NCBI RefSeq assembly: GCF_036321535.1
Contig: NC_087436.1
Location: 68,450,001 to 68,514,000 of the forward strand
DNA: 64,000 bases
Source: Camelus dromedarius
Taxonomy: Eukaryota
Reading direction: 5' to 3'
Under the pieces are notes generated by a model, which was given only the letters and a program-made list of their open reading frames with translations, had not been told where the DNA came from and made no database searches. Shown here piece by piece: positions 24,075 through 37,918 of this stretch. The position numbers and the translations under genes are program-made. Positions within the stretch are counted from its first letter, which is position 1. Each line of letters starts with the position of its first letter.

Positions 24075-24325
24075 ATAGGTATGATTAAGAGCATTGATTT
24101 TGGAGCTAGAATACCAGCAGTCAGATCCTCTCTCTGTCTTACAAGCTATGTGACCTTAGTTTAGCCAAGTTGCTTATCCTCTCAGTGCCTCCATTTTCTT
24201 TTCTATAAAATGCGATAGTAATAGTTCATCTACATTAGAGTTGTGAATATGAAATGAGTTAATGTGTGTAAAGTATTTAAAACACTGGCACAAAGTAAGC
24301 ATTAGGTAATTCTTAACTATTAATA
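24075..24325 (+). mobile_element. MIR SINE
   Basis: agctatgtgacctt...ctcagtgcctccattttcttttctataaaatg...tgagttaatgtgtgtaaagtattt. Confidence 0.7.
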
Positions 24326-25605
24326 ATAACAATGTAGTATTATTATTATTCATATAACAGCTCAGATAGAAAACAAAATCAGCTAAGAGACAAGAAAGAA
24401 TTCCTTATCTTAAAAAAGTTTAACATAGCCAAAGTACAAATGTATCATCAGGTAAAAAGCACTAAGTAACCTAAGTTCTAACTATAGTTCACAAATAACT
24501 AACTCACTTTTAAAATTTCCCTTTCATTTACAAACCTTTCCAGATCTATAATTAATAGATTTTTCTGTTATCAGCTTCTGACTATTTCCTTGGATATCTG
24601 GAAATGTTAGTAATGCCACAGACTGCAGGATATAGAAAATACATAAAATGGACTCAATCAACAAATAAAAAGTGACGAATTCTGGACAACATTCACAACT
24701 TTAAAAATATGATACAGTATAGTAATGTTTTTAGTTAAAACACTACACTAAACAAAATTCCCTGAACTTCTAACTCTGTTGCGAAATAAATAATCTGAAT
24801 AAACAAATAACTTTGATACATAAGAGATTACATGGAATCTATTCCACAGCCAAAATTTTAAGTATAAATACCATTACTGCCTTTCTGGTTTGACCAATTT
24901 GTCCTCCAACTTTGGAAAAATAGTCCTCAGTACTCATTGGTACAGTCATAATAGTCATTAAAACATGTTAATATATCCTGTGTGTAAATATCTCCTGGTT
25001 GATAAATAGCTGAGTGTTCCCTACTTAACCCCAACACCCTACTATAGTCTGTCCCTTGGAACCTCCCATGGTCTCCCAGACACAAAATGTTTAATGCCTA
25101 TTAAGTATAGCAGAAGGCTTCGAGAACCTTAAGACTAAGCCTGTCATTTGTTAGGCTGACTCATGCCCTTGCTAGTCATCCTCCCAAAGGTTTTGTACCC
25201 CAGATACCATTACTAGCATCTCAAAGTTCAAAAGGCTGTCTAAATCCTTCCCACAATCCCTGCCTGGTCTCACAGTAAGGGTGTATCTGAGTGTCTGCCA
25301 GTTAACTTGCTATATACTTCTCCATAAACAGCCACTGTCCCCCAGGCCTGTCAAAGAAAGCCTAGAACCTACTGGGGGAGGCAGAGGACAAATGCATGAT
25401 ACTGTATGTCCCCTGGAGGTTGTCTGCCATCAATTCCCCTAGAGTAGTCCTCACACAGGCTGCTTACTGGAATTAGACCCTTTACAGGACTTTGGCTCTG
25501 ACATCCAGGGAGAAAAAGGCAAAGTAGATAGGCCAGTCTTCAAGCAAACAGTTTGTCCTTCCTAGTTGTTAAATTAAGCATTCTCAATTTCATCCCTGAT
25601 CTTAC

Positions 25606-25701
25606 CCATAAGAATAATCTCTCTTGTTTCAGGGTCCTTTACCCTCGTTGGCTGCAAAGGATCTCCAAGAGGTATATTCAGGTTTACCACAAGTTTATTC
25701 T
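25606..25701 (-). CDS. CENPC: CENP-C exon (~16)
   Basis: ttttgcag|AG AAT..., (K)NKLVVNLNIPLGDPLQPTRVKDPETREIILM, G|gtaaga. Confidence 0.95.
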
Positions 25702-26282
25702 CTGCAAAAAGAAATAGCACTAAAATACAAACTATTTACTTAAAATTCTTTTCAATTAAAAAAAAATCTAGTATGAAATACAGCTATGGACAAGTTGTAA
25801 AGGAAATTGCCAGCAGCATAATGATCTCTTCTTACTTATCAACGACCACTTTGATAAACAAAAATTCAAAAGCCACAATGATTTAATATAGAAGCAAACA
25901 TCCCAAACTTATTTTCTGTAAGCCTATTGTAACAGAACTCTTGAACTCTTGCATCATCAAGAAGTTAAATGGTGTTTTGCACATTCTCTAAGAGAGCTGA
26001 AGTATGAGATTCACTTTAGAAAGAATTCATTAAAATGTCTATTTTAACCATAGTTTGAACATGGAAAAGATAAGCTTCACTGACAGGGTAATTTACGCTA
26101 TTACCAATTTTTTTTAAAGATTAGATTAGTTTACTTTCAAAATCTGGGGGAAAAAAGTAGACATTAAAAAGTGAATTTACCCTAAAGTAGTATTACCCTG
26201 AAGCTTTTAGAAGTACATTTCAAAATTTGCAAAGAGCTACTTCTCAAAGCACTGTTATTTAAAATAAGGATTAAGTTCATAC

Positions 26283-26411
26283 TTCTTTCATCATTATCAA
26301 GACAGATCCTTTTCCTATTATCTACTGCGTTGACTTTTCCCAAGTTTTCTTTTGCTTTCCTTTTAGATGATACTGTGTCTGGGGAAAGTATTCCACCAAT
26401 TACGAATCCTC
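26283..26411 (-). CDS. CENPC: CENP-C exon (~15)
   Basis: tttcag|GA GGA..., (G)GFVIGGILSPDTVSSKRKAKENLGKVNAVDNRKRICLDNDER, A|gtatga. Confidence 0.93.
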
Positions 26412-27194
26412 CTGAAATTTAACCAAAAAAAGGGTAAATTATCACACCTGGCAAAGTAAAAACCTTGAAACAAAACTCTTTAAATTAGTATAGCACATTT
26501 CCTTTCAAAATACCAAAGGATACATTACTACTAACTACATTCCATAGCTAAAAATTCAAATATAACAAATAGCAACCAATTTTACTTAGGTCTCTACTAT
26601 CCTAAATCTTCTTAGAAGCACTGATGAAAACTGATGGAATGGTCTCTGTTGCTTGAAATCAGCAGTCATCAGTGGAGGTTTAAAATACAAAGAAAACAAA
26701 GGTCAGCAATGAACTATTTATAGTAATCTACATGTGAGTTTAGTACTTTGACTTAGAAATATCCATCAAAAAAGAAAATAACTTTAAAATGACACTCACT
26801 ATACTTTCTTTCCCACCCTCTACCATTTCTGTAGAACAATATAAGAAAACGGAGTAAGAATAATAATGGAGAATACATAATCTTTGCCAGTTATAATCTT
26901 CTCACACTCTGATCTAGTGCTTCATTTTATGCAATTAGGAAACTTGTTAGATAGTATAGAAATGATAACACTCTGTAAAGCCACACACTCACCTCATATT
27001 GCTACCAAAGAGAAAAAAAAAATCAGCATCTCTAGTAATCAGAGAAATCTGGACTTGAATCTATTGTCACATTTTTGGAGGATGATGATTAAATAAGGTA
27101 ATATATGTAAGACAGTGCTTGGCAAATAATATACCTCAATAAACTGCAGTAAATACCATTATTTTTTTTTGAGACATTAAAGCATAAAGTTTAC

Positions 27195-27299
27195 CTGATG
27201 GCCTTCCTTGATAATCTAGACGCTCTCCTCGCCAGTATTCCAAAGGTTTTGATCGTGTTCTCACAGTCCTGCGAACATTTGGTGTGTTGGAGGGCAATA
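27195..27299 (-). CDS. CENPC: CENP-C exon (~14), CENP-C motif
   Basis: ttttacag|TA TTG..., (V)LPSNTPNVRRTVRTRSKPLEYWRGERLDYQGRPS, G|gtaaac. Confidence 0.97.
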
Positions 27300-27940
27300 C
27301 TGTAAAAAGACATCAGACAAAAAATGTACACATATAAATGTTAGATGATACTTTGCAGTGAAAAGACTGATACTACTTTCTAGAACACTAATGCTTCTAG
27401 ACAAAATGCTAGAAAAATTAATTTAAGACATGTTTGTGCTATTAAAGAAATGTCAATGAAAAAATAAGCTACTAGATTGGAAAAGATTTAATAACACCAA
27501 TGGCTAATGATTTTAAAGGTACACCTGAATTCTCATATACTGTAGGTAGAAATGTAAGCTGATTGAAGACAAATTGACAATACCTACAACTGTAATACTG
27601 TTTGACTCAGAAACTTCATTTTTAGAAAATGAGTTTGCAAAAATATTCAGAAAAATGAGCAAAGATACAAGTACAAGAACATTCATGGTAGTACTGTTTA
27701 TAACAGAATCAGGAAACAAAAATCAAATTGAAAACCATATAAATGGTCCACAACAGAAAATTTAGAAATCAGGGTTAGTTATTATGTATGCATGTGTTTG
27801 TGTGTACACACAAGTATCTGAACAATGCAAAGAACTATAGACTAAGTTTGCTGGCTATATAATCAGCTTCCTATGATTTTACTTTTGATTAGCTAGGGTC
27901 GTCCAATTCTGAAAGTGGTTTATCAAAGTTTCCCAATCTA

Positions 27941-28029
27941 GGTGGGGAGGGTACAGCTCAGTGGTAGAGCACATGCTTAGCACACACAAGGTCCTAGGAT
28001 CAATCCCCTGTACTTCCTTTAAAAAAAAA
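27941..28029 (+). mobile_element. vic-1-like SINE
   Basis: ggggagggtacagctcagtggtagagcacatgcttagc... with an A-tail; degenerate TSD tcccaatcta / tcccagtcta. Confidence 0.85.
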
Positions 28030-28847
28030 TCTCCCAGTCTAACTGTATTATTTAAATTAAAATCTCCTTGCCTTTTCTTAGTTTTTTTTTTCTTAATACA
28101 TTTTGGTTGCTAGGTTGTATGGTACTGAATAGTTTACGATTTTTCTATCTTCCTCAATAAATTGCTAATTTTATTATTATTGCAAGTCCTTTATCCTGTT
28201 CAGCACTTTTAACCTTAAATTTCATTTCATCTAATGTTAAAATTACATTACTATTTTCTTTTTGTTTACATTAGCCTACCTAACTCTTTAATAATCTTTT
28301 ATTTTAAAACTTGAAGTGTTTCCTATAAACATATAGGTCAGTTTGTATTGCTTAACCAACTCTGATAGTCTCTATCCTATTAGAGGAATTCAATCCATTC
28401 ATACTTAGTGTAACAAGTAATATGCTTCCTTTTATTCCTCACATCTTACTTTATATTTACTGGTTATTTTACATTAGTGATTCTTTTTTCCCCTCATTTT
28501 TATTGGTTTGATCAGAATACCATTTCTTTCCCCACCCCCCAAACCTTGGTCCTTTCAAAGTTTAGCTGTGCTTCTGGACTCTAACATTGGTTACCTTCCC
28601 ACACCTGACACTCAAAAATCAAACTCTCATTTCTCCATGATTATATTAAAAACTATACCCATTACCAAGATATGTTATCTTCTCCTTTTTCTCACTTAGT
28701 AAAATAAAACTTTTACACTTTTATTACACCTCTTCCACTTCTATTCTCCTCTCCACCATATCAAGTTTTGTTAAGATGGTCTGGATTTCAAGCTATTATT
28801 GCAAAAATCATTACTTAGCACTTATAAATCCCCAATCACATTAGCAT

Positions 28848-29406
28848 TAAGTAGCAGACACCCTAAAGTGTGAGCAATGAGACATGCCTTTGTATAATCA
28901 CCTTCTCTAAGATACCTATGACATATTCAACAGAATATGGTAAAAGTGATAGGAAATCACTCCTGTGACTACATCACGGCTATACATATAAGATGCTACC
29001 TAGCAGAAGCAGAGAGAAATTATTCTCTGCTGACTCTGAAGAAGCAAGGTGCCACATTGTGAAGGGGCCTAGGGAAAGAATCATGTGACAAGGAACTGCA
29101 GGTGACCTCCAGAAGTTGAGAGCAGTGGCCCATGGCTAACACACACCAAGAAAACAGGTACCTCAATCCTATAGTTCCAAGGAACTGAATTCTGCTAACA
29201 ACCACATGAGCTTGGAAGAGGACCTTGAGCCTCAGGTAAGACCATGGCCCAGGCTAACACTTCTGACTGCAGCCTATGAGAACCTCGAACAGAGAACCCA
29301 GCTAATTTGTGCCTAGGCTCCTAACCCATGGAAACCATGGGATAATAAATGTGTGTTATCTAAACCACTAAATTTGTAGTAATTTGGTACACAGAAAACA
29401 AATACA
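28848..29406 (+). mobile_element. MaLR LTR (MLT1-type)
   Basis: aaggaactgaattctgctaacaaccacatgagcttggaagag...ataataaatgtgtgtt...aaacaaataca. Confidence 0.75.
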
Positions 29407-30769
29407 CTTTATTTAAATTTAACCACATATATTCAGAATTATTCCTCGCCACTGTTTCCTTTCTTTGGACTTAGTTCTGATTTATATGATACTTGGTTAG
29501 ATTACCATACACAGATATTTTATATTGAGGATACTAAACTTAATATTTCATTATCTGCAAAGTAAATTCACTTATCAGAAAGAAAGATATCTTGGCTAGT
29601 TATAACATAGGATGGTATAATACATTTCTAAAAGTAGGCTATATATATTATTTTATTCTTCCAGTGTTACACAGATAAGCAGTGCTAGTCATTTTCTCTT
29701 CTTTATATGTAACTTTTCCATCTGGAAGCTTTCCTCTATCCTTGAAATTTAGAAATTTTATTAGCTTATATCTAGAGGTGTATCTTTTTCATTAACTCTG
29801 ACTGGCAGTTGGTAAACTCGTTCAAATTGTAGATGAAGCCTATCTTTACTCCAGGGAAGTTTTAACAAGTACTTTCTTTAACTGTTTTCACTCCTCCATT
29901 TATTTCTTCTTTCTGGAATTCCTTTAATTTGCATGTTTTAGCTGATGTTTCCATGTTATTTCCATTGCATATTTTTTTCTTCACGGTTTCCATGTTTTTT
30001 GTATTTCTGTTATGAGAAATTTCTTTCATGTCAACACCAGTTACTAATTTAGCTCTCAAGAGTGACTATCCTTACTTTCTGTTCAACTACTGACTTTTTA
30101 AACTGAAAAATTATGCTTTAGGACTAAAAAGCCTTCTATGATATAACTAAATCTCTGGAAGTACTCATATTTCTTTCATTGTTAAAAGTGTTATCCATCT
30201 ACCACAGAAGTTCTAGCTCACCAGAGACTGCCACTATTCTTAAGCATAATGCTTGATTTTCCTCTCAGGTTGCTGAAAACCTCTGCTCACAGACATTCTT
30301 ATTTCTCTTTGCCTGCTCCTCACTCTAGTCATATTCTATTCCAAGATAAGCATTAAGCACTGAGAAGTATATCAGTCTATCTTCACATGGGCCCACAAAA
30401 TACTAACTGACAAGATGTGAGGTTTTGGTTGGAGCAATCAGAGAAAGCTTCACTGCTACTGCTTCTCTTCAGGTATAAGCACAGAAACACTCACAGACTC
30501 AAGTATAGGGAGAAATATTAAAAAGCCACTCCAATCCCACAAACTTGGGAGGCCCTATGAACCCTGACTGGCAAATATCTCTTTGAGAACCACAGAGTTC
30601 ATCCTCACATGGGCCTCTCCATGGGTTCCCTAGCTCCTAACTTTCCCTATTTACTTATCCTAGTTATTGCTTTGTTTAGAAGTGAGTTGGATAAAAATGG
30701 AAGAAGTTGTCAGGGATACCAGCTATCCAGCAGTTATATTTTATAGAATTTTCCACCCTAGCTTCTTAG

Positions 30770-30811
30770 CCTAGGTGAGATCAGCTCCCTAGGTGAGATC
30801 AGCTCCCTAGG
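30770..30811. repeat. Perfect 18-bp tandem duplication (2.3 copies)
   Basis: cctaggtgagatcagctc twice, then cctagg. Confidence 0.9.
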
Positions 30812-31038
30812 GCAATGAATGAGAGGACTGTAGGATTTATAAATGAACAATAAAGAAACTCATCATCACAGTGACCTGTGATGATTTACCATGAAATCCA
30901 TGAAAACTAAATATAAAAGTTTAATTTATCTGACAATTAATCCAAATAATATTTTCCCGCTGCTTGAGAAAAAAATTAAACTATAGTTAGAAATAAGAGG
31001 TTTTATAATATGAAAATATTAAGAAAAAAATAATTTAC

Positions 31039-31098
31039 CTAATTTGTGATGCATTTTGTTCTCTGGTGTCGAGTTAGATCTTTTTACTCTCGAATCAT
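31039..31098 (-). CDS. CENPC: CENP-C exon (~13)
   Basis: ttgcag|AT GAT..., (D)DSRVKRSNSTPENKMHHKL, G|gtaaat. Confidence 0.93.
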
Positions 31099-31524
31099 CT
31101 GCAAATTTTACAAGAAATATCATGAGTGATGGCTGCTAATTAATTCCATGTTGAGTTAAAGTATGTTACTCAGTCAACATCAGTATAAATACTTTAAAAT
31201 AAAATTTGACTTGACAGTACATTTTTTTACCTCCTTTGCTTTTCATTGCTGAATGAAGACTCATGAAAAACAGTATAGTATGTCTCTAGATTTTGCTACA
31301 ATTAATACATCTTAAGCGGATAACAATTATAAGTCACAAAAAACAAATAGGCTTTCTATTGCTTATGGACTTGAAGCAAAATAAGTCACTCAGTGGATTA
31401 AAATGCAAGGTGTGATAATAATTGATATGTTAATAATGTAATCTATGATCCTTAAAGTTCTAAAACAGTTGAACTATACTGAATTTAGCAGTGTGACAAT
31501 TAGGTCAAGGGTTCTCAACTTCAG

Positions 31525-32040
31525 TGTGGTAAACAGCATCTAAACATAGCGGCCATCAATTCTTTCTCCTCCTATGCACAAATGTTGTTCTTCATCAAGA
31601 GGCAAAGTTTAATTCCCTTTTCCTTGGAACTCCGCTGGCCTTAGTGAGTAGTTCAACTAACAAAATTAAGAAGAGATGACATTCTGGGATTTTGAAGGCT
31701 AAGTTCTAAGATATGCAAGTTCCACCTGGGTCTCTTGGAACTTCACTCTGGGGAAAGACAGCCACCATGTATGAAGATTAATTACCCCAAGACTACATTG
31801 CTGTGAGGAAACCCCAGATAACCACATGGAAAGGCTATGTGAAAGAAAAAAAAAGATGCTTGGCCACCCCTCTCCCACCCAACTATTTCAGCCACCCTGG
31901 CTGGGTACCAAATATATTGGTGAAGAAGTCACCTTGGACTTCCAGCCCAGCTGTTCTTTCAAATGACCTCAACCCCAGGGGCCTGCATCCATCTACAAAT
32001 GCATGAGAGAGCCAAAATGAGAATCGCCTAGCTAAGCTAA
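31525..32040 (+). mobile_element. MaLR LTR fragment (MLT1-type)
   Basis: tgtggtaaacagcatc...ctggccttagtgagtagtt...cagccaccatgtatgaag. Confidence 0.6.
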
Positions 32041-32224
32041 GTTCCCTCCCTCTCTCACCTAGGTACAAGGTCTTACAAATCTCTAACCATAAAGTAAGGC
32101 TCTTAAAAGTAGGTACTCAACACACACTTGCCACCAGTGGTAATTTAAACAAAACATAGCATACCTTACTCCATATGCATAATGCTACAAAAATCAAGAC
32201 AGTAGAAAATAAATCATAACTTAC

Positions 32225-32307
32225 CTGAACTTTCCTGAACTTCATTATCATCCACATCCAAATTATTCTTCCCAGACATTAAATAATTCTTGAGCCTGGA
32301 AGGTCCA
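32225..32307 (-). CDS. CENPC: CENP-C exon (~12)
   Basis: ttcttaag|T GGA..., (S)GPSRLKNYLMSGKNNLDVDDNEVQESS, G|gtaagt. Confidence 0.94.
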
Positions 32308-32914
32308 CTTAAGAAAAAACAAACCACAAGATTTGTGTTTTTAGAATAAATACATCTAATAAATCTACCTTAATGGTCAATTTTCTCCTAAAACTGCCAA
32401 AGATTTCTTTCTTATAAAACCAAGAATGGTGTTATAGAACATTAAGAATATACTCACTGCATAAAACAAAATCTACCATTTAGTTCCACAATTGATTTGT
32501 CAAACACAATAATACTGAATTTTATAACCTTTCAAACTAACTCATGGATCAGAATTACAAATTTAAGTCAATGCAAATAACATTCTTTGATAAAAATCAA
32601 ACCATAAGAAATAAAATTAGAAATGATCAGCTTATCTTAATTTTTTTAAACTACGGCCAAAAACAAGTAATTTAAAATACAGTCCAGAAACTGTTCAGAG
32701 ATAATTCAGCTTATTCAAGTCCTAGATCCTCTTCCTCCTATTATGACCCCAGGACAGGTCTCATAGTTCCTAAATAGTAAAGAAATCTTAGCTATCCCTT
32801 TGAAGTCTGAGAGTCTGCTATAATTTACCATCCCTTCATTTTGAAAAAGGGTTATATGACTTCAGATATTATGAAAGTAGGTTTATTTGGTTTGCTCACT
32901 GAGTATGCTCACTT

Positions 32915-33429
32915 TAAACATATATCCACAAATTCTTAGATAATGTTCCTTTCAAAAGGTACATACTAATTCTAACTCCCCTCTTCCTGAGTGTGGTGTA
33001 GACTTAGTGACTTGTTTCTAATGAACAGAATAAAGTGGAAGACTTTAGAGACCAGGTCATTAAAAGGTACTATGACCTCTGTCATAGTCACACTTTCTCT
33101 TGGATCACCTGCTGGTGGAAGCCAGTTGCCATATTAAACAGCCCTATGGAGAGAGCCACAAGACAAGGAACTGTGACCTGCAGCTAACAGCTATGTGAGC
33201 AAGCCACCATATAAGTGGATCCTCCAAGTTCCAGTCAAGCTTTCAAAGGATTGCAAACCAAACAGATCTTGACCACTATACCTCATGAGACTCCCTGAGC
33301 CTGAACTAGCCAGCTAAGTCTCTCCCAGATTTCTACCCACAGAAAGTGAAATAATGTCTGCAAGCCATTAACAAAATTAAAATTAAACTTTGGGGGTAAT
33401 TTGTTACATGGCAATAGGTAACAAATACA
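32915..33429 (+). mobile_element. MaLR LTR (MLT1-type), ending ~37 bp from an exon donor
   Basis: gacttagtgacttgtttctaatgaacagaat...tttgggggtaatttgttacatggcaataggtaacaaataca. Confidence 0.75.
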
Positions 33430-33466
33430 ATGAGTAAATCCTATTATCCTTAGAACACATGCATAC

Positions 33467-33610
33467 CTCCCTTCCAAAACTGAGGTCCCAGGCTCTCCAG
33501 AATCCAAGTTAGACTCTGCTGGTGTCTTGCATGTATATCCATTGATCTGAGACTTTAGATGCACACTTTGTGCAGCCATACTATCTTGATCCTTTGAGCT
33601 TCCTGTATCT
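33467..33610 (-). CDS. CENPC: CENP-C exon (~11)
   Basis: ttcatag|A GAT..., DTGSSKDQDSMAAQSVHLKSQINGYTCKTPAESNLDSGEPGTSVLEG, AG|gtatgc. Confidence 0.93.
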
Positions 33611-34244
33611 CTATGAAAATGAAAAGTTTATAACTGTTCATATTTCTTCAAAAAATATTTCTCCCAGAAACATTAAAGAGGTAAGTAGACAATATAATAT
33701 TGGCTATAACAAGTATCAGATAACCTTGTTCAGGTCCTAAAATTTACAACTAGTCCAGGAAGGAAATTATGTTTCTAGAACCTACCAAGAGTTCTAATTT
33801 GAAAAATTCTGATAAAAGAAATGGTACAGATCCGGCCTAACAAAGATAGAAAGGATAACAGGAGGGCACTGGGAGACATTACCTATGAGCAGCTTATGAT
33901 GTATACTACACAGTTAATCCAACATGGGTTTATGAAAATCCACAAACAACTGAAATTGTTTTCAGAGGGACCTAGACCCATCTCTTTGGTAGCTGACAGC
34001 CAACTGGTTTACCCTAAATATACGTAAACACATTATTCCTAGACCGCATAATTCTCTCTCCTCCCTCACATTTCTCTTACAAGTCCTGTTTTAATATGCT
34101 TCTTGATTCAGTCTACCAGCCTATTCTTATTATACATGAAAAAAATCTGCATGCAAGAGAACAAAAGAACATGCAAACTTCTGAGTATTCTTTGATAGTT
34201 TATTTCTGGAGGTTCTAGTCTCTGTCTAGGTCCTACCACTAGAG

Positions 34245-36985
34245 TCAAAAGAAATAAAAAAGGTCATTAGAGAATACTATGAACAATTAAACACCAACAA
34301 ATCAGATAACCTAGATGGAACGGAACAAATTCCTAGAAACACACAAATTACCAAGTGATTCAAGAAAAAATAAACAATCTCAAAAATTTATAACAATAGG
34401 ATAAATCAGTAATCAAAAAACTAACCAGAAAAGCCCAGGCCCAGATAGGTTCACCACTGAATTCTACCATTATTTAAAGACTTAATACGAATTCTTCATA
34501 AACTTTTCCAAAAACAGAAGAGCACTTCCCAACTCATTTTGTGAAGTCAGTATCACCCTGATATCAAAACCAGACAAACACATCACAAGAAAACTACAGA
34601 CAAAAAAACCCAAAAAACAAACACCACCTCCACAAATTACTAGCAACATATAAACAGAATTACACATGATGACAGAATGAGATTTACACCAGAGATGCAA
34701 GTTTGGTCTAATATCCAACAATCAATTAATGTAATACATTATCTCAATTAGAAAAAAATCACATTGTCATATCAATAGATTAAAAACAAATTTGACAAAA
34801 TGCAGTATTTTTATGATAAAAACACTCAACAAACTAGGAATAAAAAAGAACTTCCTCAACTTGATAAAAGGGCATCTATGAAAACCCACAGCTAACAACA
34901 TATTGAACGGTGAAAGACTGGATGTTTTCCCTCAAAGATTAAAAACAAGACAAGGAAGTCTACTGAATATAGTACTGAAGATTTTAGCCAGGGCAATAAT
35001 GCAAGAAAAAGAAAGTGAAAGCATCCAGATTGGAAAGGAAGAAGTAAAACTATCACAAATGACATGATCTTGTACTTACAAAGTCCTACAAAATCTACTA
35101 AAAAGCTATCAGAACTAACTCATGAGTTCAACAAGGCTGCAGGATAAAGACTGACATACAAAAAAATCAATTGTATTTCTATACACTTGCAATGGACAAT
35201 TCAAAATGAAACTTAAAAAGAATTCATTCACAATAGCATCAAAAGGAATACTTAGGAATAAATTTAACAGAAGAAGTGTAGTGGAGAGTAACAGTTCAGG
35301 GGCAGAGCACATGCTTAATTAGGACGAGGTCCTGGGTTCAATTCCCAGTACCTCCATTTAAAAACAAACAAACAAAAAGAAGTGGTAAAATTTAAACTCT
35401 CAAAACACTGTTGGAAAAAAATTAAAGAAGATCTAAATAACAGGAAAAACATCCCATTTTCATGGCTCAATGGACATTGTTAAGATGACAATATTCCTCA
35501 AATTGATAGATTCAACATAATCCCTATCAGAATCCCAAATGACATCTTTGTAGAAATTGATATACTGAATCTAGAATTTATATGGAATTGCATGGGACCC
35601 AGAATAGCCAAAATATCCCTGAAAAAGAAAAGTCACACTTTCTGATTTCAAACTTACCTCAAAGCAATGGTAATCATGACAGTGTGGTACTAGAAAAAAC
35701 AACTGGATATAGACAACAGAATAAAATTGAGAATCCAGAAATAAACCTATACATCTATGGTCAGCTGATTTTAAAAAATGGCGCTAAGCCCATTTAATGG
35801 GGGCAATAAATGTCTTTTCTATAGTTATGGGACAACTGGATAGTCACAATGCAAAAGAATGAAGTCAGACCCTTCACAGGATATACAAAAAATAACTCAA
35901 AATGGATCAAAGACTTAAATTTAAGAGCTAAAACTATAAAAAAGCTAAAACTTAGGAAAAAAGCAGGGGTAAATATTCTTAAATTTGAATTGAGAAAAGG
36001 GTTCTTAGATATGACACCAAAAGTACAAGCAACAACAGACAAAATAGATAAATGAGACTTTATGAAAATTAAAAACTTTTGTGCTTCAAAGGACACAATC
36101 AAGAAAGTGAGACAACCCAAAGAATGAGACAGAATATTTGCAAATCATTTATCTGAAAAGAGAGTTGTATCTAGAATACATAAATACCTCTTAGAATTCA
36201 ATAAAAAAGACAACCCAATTTAAAATTAGGCAAAGGACCTGAAATAATCTGTAAAGATATGTAAATGGCCAATAAGCACACAAAAGATGCTTGACATCAT
36301 TAGTCCTCATGGAAATGAAAATGAAAACCTCAATGAAACACCATTTCCTACCAACTAGAATGGCTAGAATCAAAGGCAGGTAATAACAAATGTTGACAAG
36401 GATGTGAAGACACTGGAAGCCTCATACACTGCTGGTAGGAATGTAAAATGGTGCAAATGTTTTGGAAAACAGTCTTGCAGTTCCTCAAAAGATTAAAGGT
36501 AGAGTTATTACATGACTTGGCAATTCCACTTGTACACAAATGTTTTTATCAGTATTACTCTGTAATAGCCAAAAGGTAGAAGCAACTCAAATGTCCACCA
36601 ATGGATAAATGAATAAACAAAGTGTGGTGTAACAAAACAAAATAGTACTCAGTCATAAAAAGGAATGAAGTACTGATACATGGTACAACACATATAAAAC
36701 TTGAAAATACACAAAATGAAAGAAACCAAACAAAAAAACTTGATCCTATGTGATTTCATTCACATGAAAGTTCAGAAAAGAGAAATCTATAGAGACATAA
36801 AGTAGGTTAGCAGTCGCTTAGGGTTGTTGGGGAGAGGGACAGGGAGATGATCACTGAAGGATACTGGTGATGAAAATGTTCTAAAATTAACTGTTTTGAT
36901 GGTTTGCACTTCTCTATGAATACAACTGAACACATTTCATGAGTGAACTGCATGTGAATTATACCTCAATTAAGTTGTTAAAAAA
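34245..36985 (+). mobile_element. Old degraded L1 (ORF2 + 3' UTR), antisense to CENPC
   Basis: Frameshifted ORF2 remnants (e.g. [24 protein letters not shown]) ending in ...acctcaattaagttgttaaaaaa. Confidence 0.88.
35281..35378 (+). mobile_element. vic-1-like SINE nested in L1
   Basis: gagcacatgcttaattaggacgaggtcctgggttcaattcccagtacctccatt with a (CAAA) tail; flanked by aagaagtg on both sides. Confidence 0.8.
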
Positions 36986-37749
36986 TCTAATGTAGTGAGC
37001 TTCTATTCCAAATGGCTTAGAGAAATAATATAAAAATTAGATGCTTATAAAAATTTTAAATGAGAGAAACTCAAAGAAATTGCTTCTTATACTTTAAATG
37101 CACTAGCTCTTTAAGATTTTTCTTTTTCTAAAGGCTTTAAGAGGGGAAGAAGGATGTTAGCTTGTAGTTTAATTAATGACCATGGTTACTAGGTTATCAG
37201 AAGCAAAAAATAGCACTTTAAAACAAGTTAAAAGTTTTAATATCTGTTACTCATATAAAGGAGAAGTTCACATAATATTCCTAATCAGGAAGATTCCTTA
37301 GACAAAGCAGACGCATACTCATATTATAATGTAATAATGTTTTCTCTTTTTTTTCCTTTCCTAAATACAGAACAATAAAACTGCTAACATGCCTTTTATA
37401 TCTAAATTATCTTTGAGGTTTCCACAAGAGTCACTAAGTAAGTTTATCTTTCCACTTTATGACAGATAGAATACCAAAATAATTATATACTTGATTTTCT
37501 ACACATAGTAAGTATTTAATGACTATACAGCTTAACTAAACAAATGTCTGAAAGATCCTTCTTTCTATGAATCCAGATACCAAACAGGTTTTCTTAAGCA
37601 GATACTGAATCAACTGTCAACTTCAGGTATTTCTAACTAGACTAACTCCTTCTCACTGTGCATAAAACAAGGTTCGTTTTAGGGATACAAGCTCAAACTC
37701 AAACTCAACATTAAAAACTCAACTTTTTTTTTTTTTGCCTTAATATTTT

Positions 37750-37918
37750 TCTTTCTTTCTTTCTTTCTTTTTTTGGTTTGGTTGGGGTTTTTGGCAGGGG
37801 GGGGGGTAATTAGGTTTATTCACTTATTTATTTTTTTAATGGAGGTACTAGGGATTGAATCCAGGACCTCATGCATGCTAGGCATGCATTCTACCACTGA
37901 GCTATACCCTTCCCCTCA
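37750..37918 (-). mobile_element. vic-1-like SINE
   Basis: atggaggtactagggattgaatccaggacc...ctaccactgagctataccc; imperfect TSD ccttaatattt / ccttagtattt. Confidence 0.85.
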
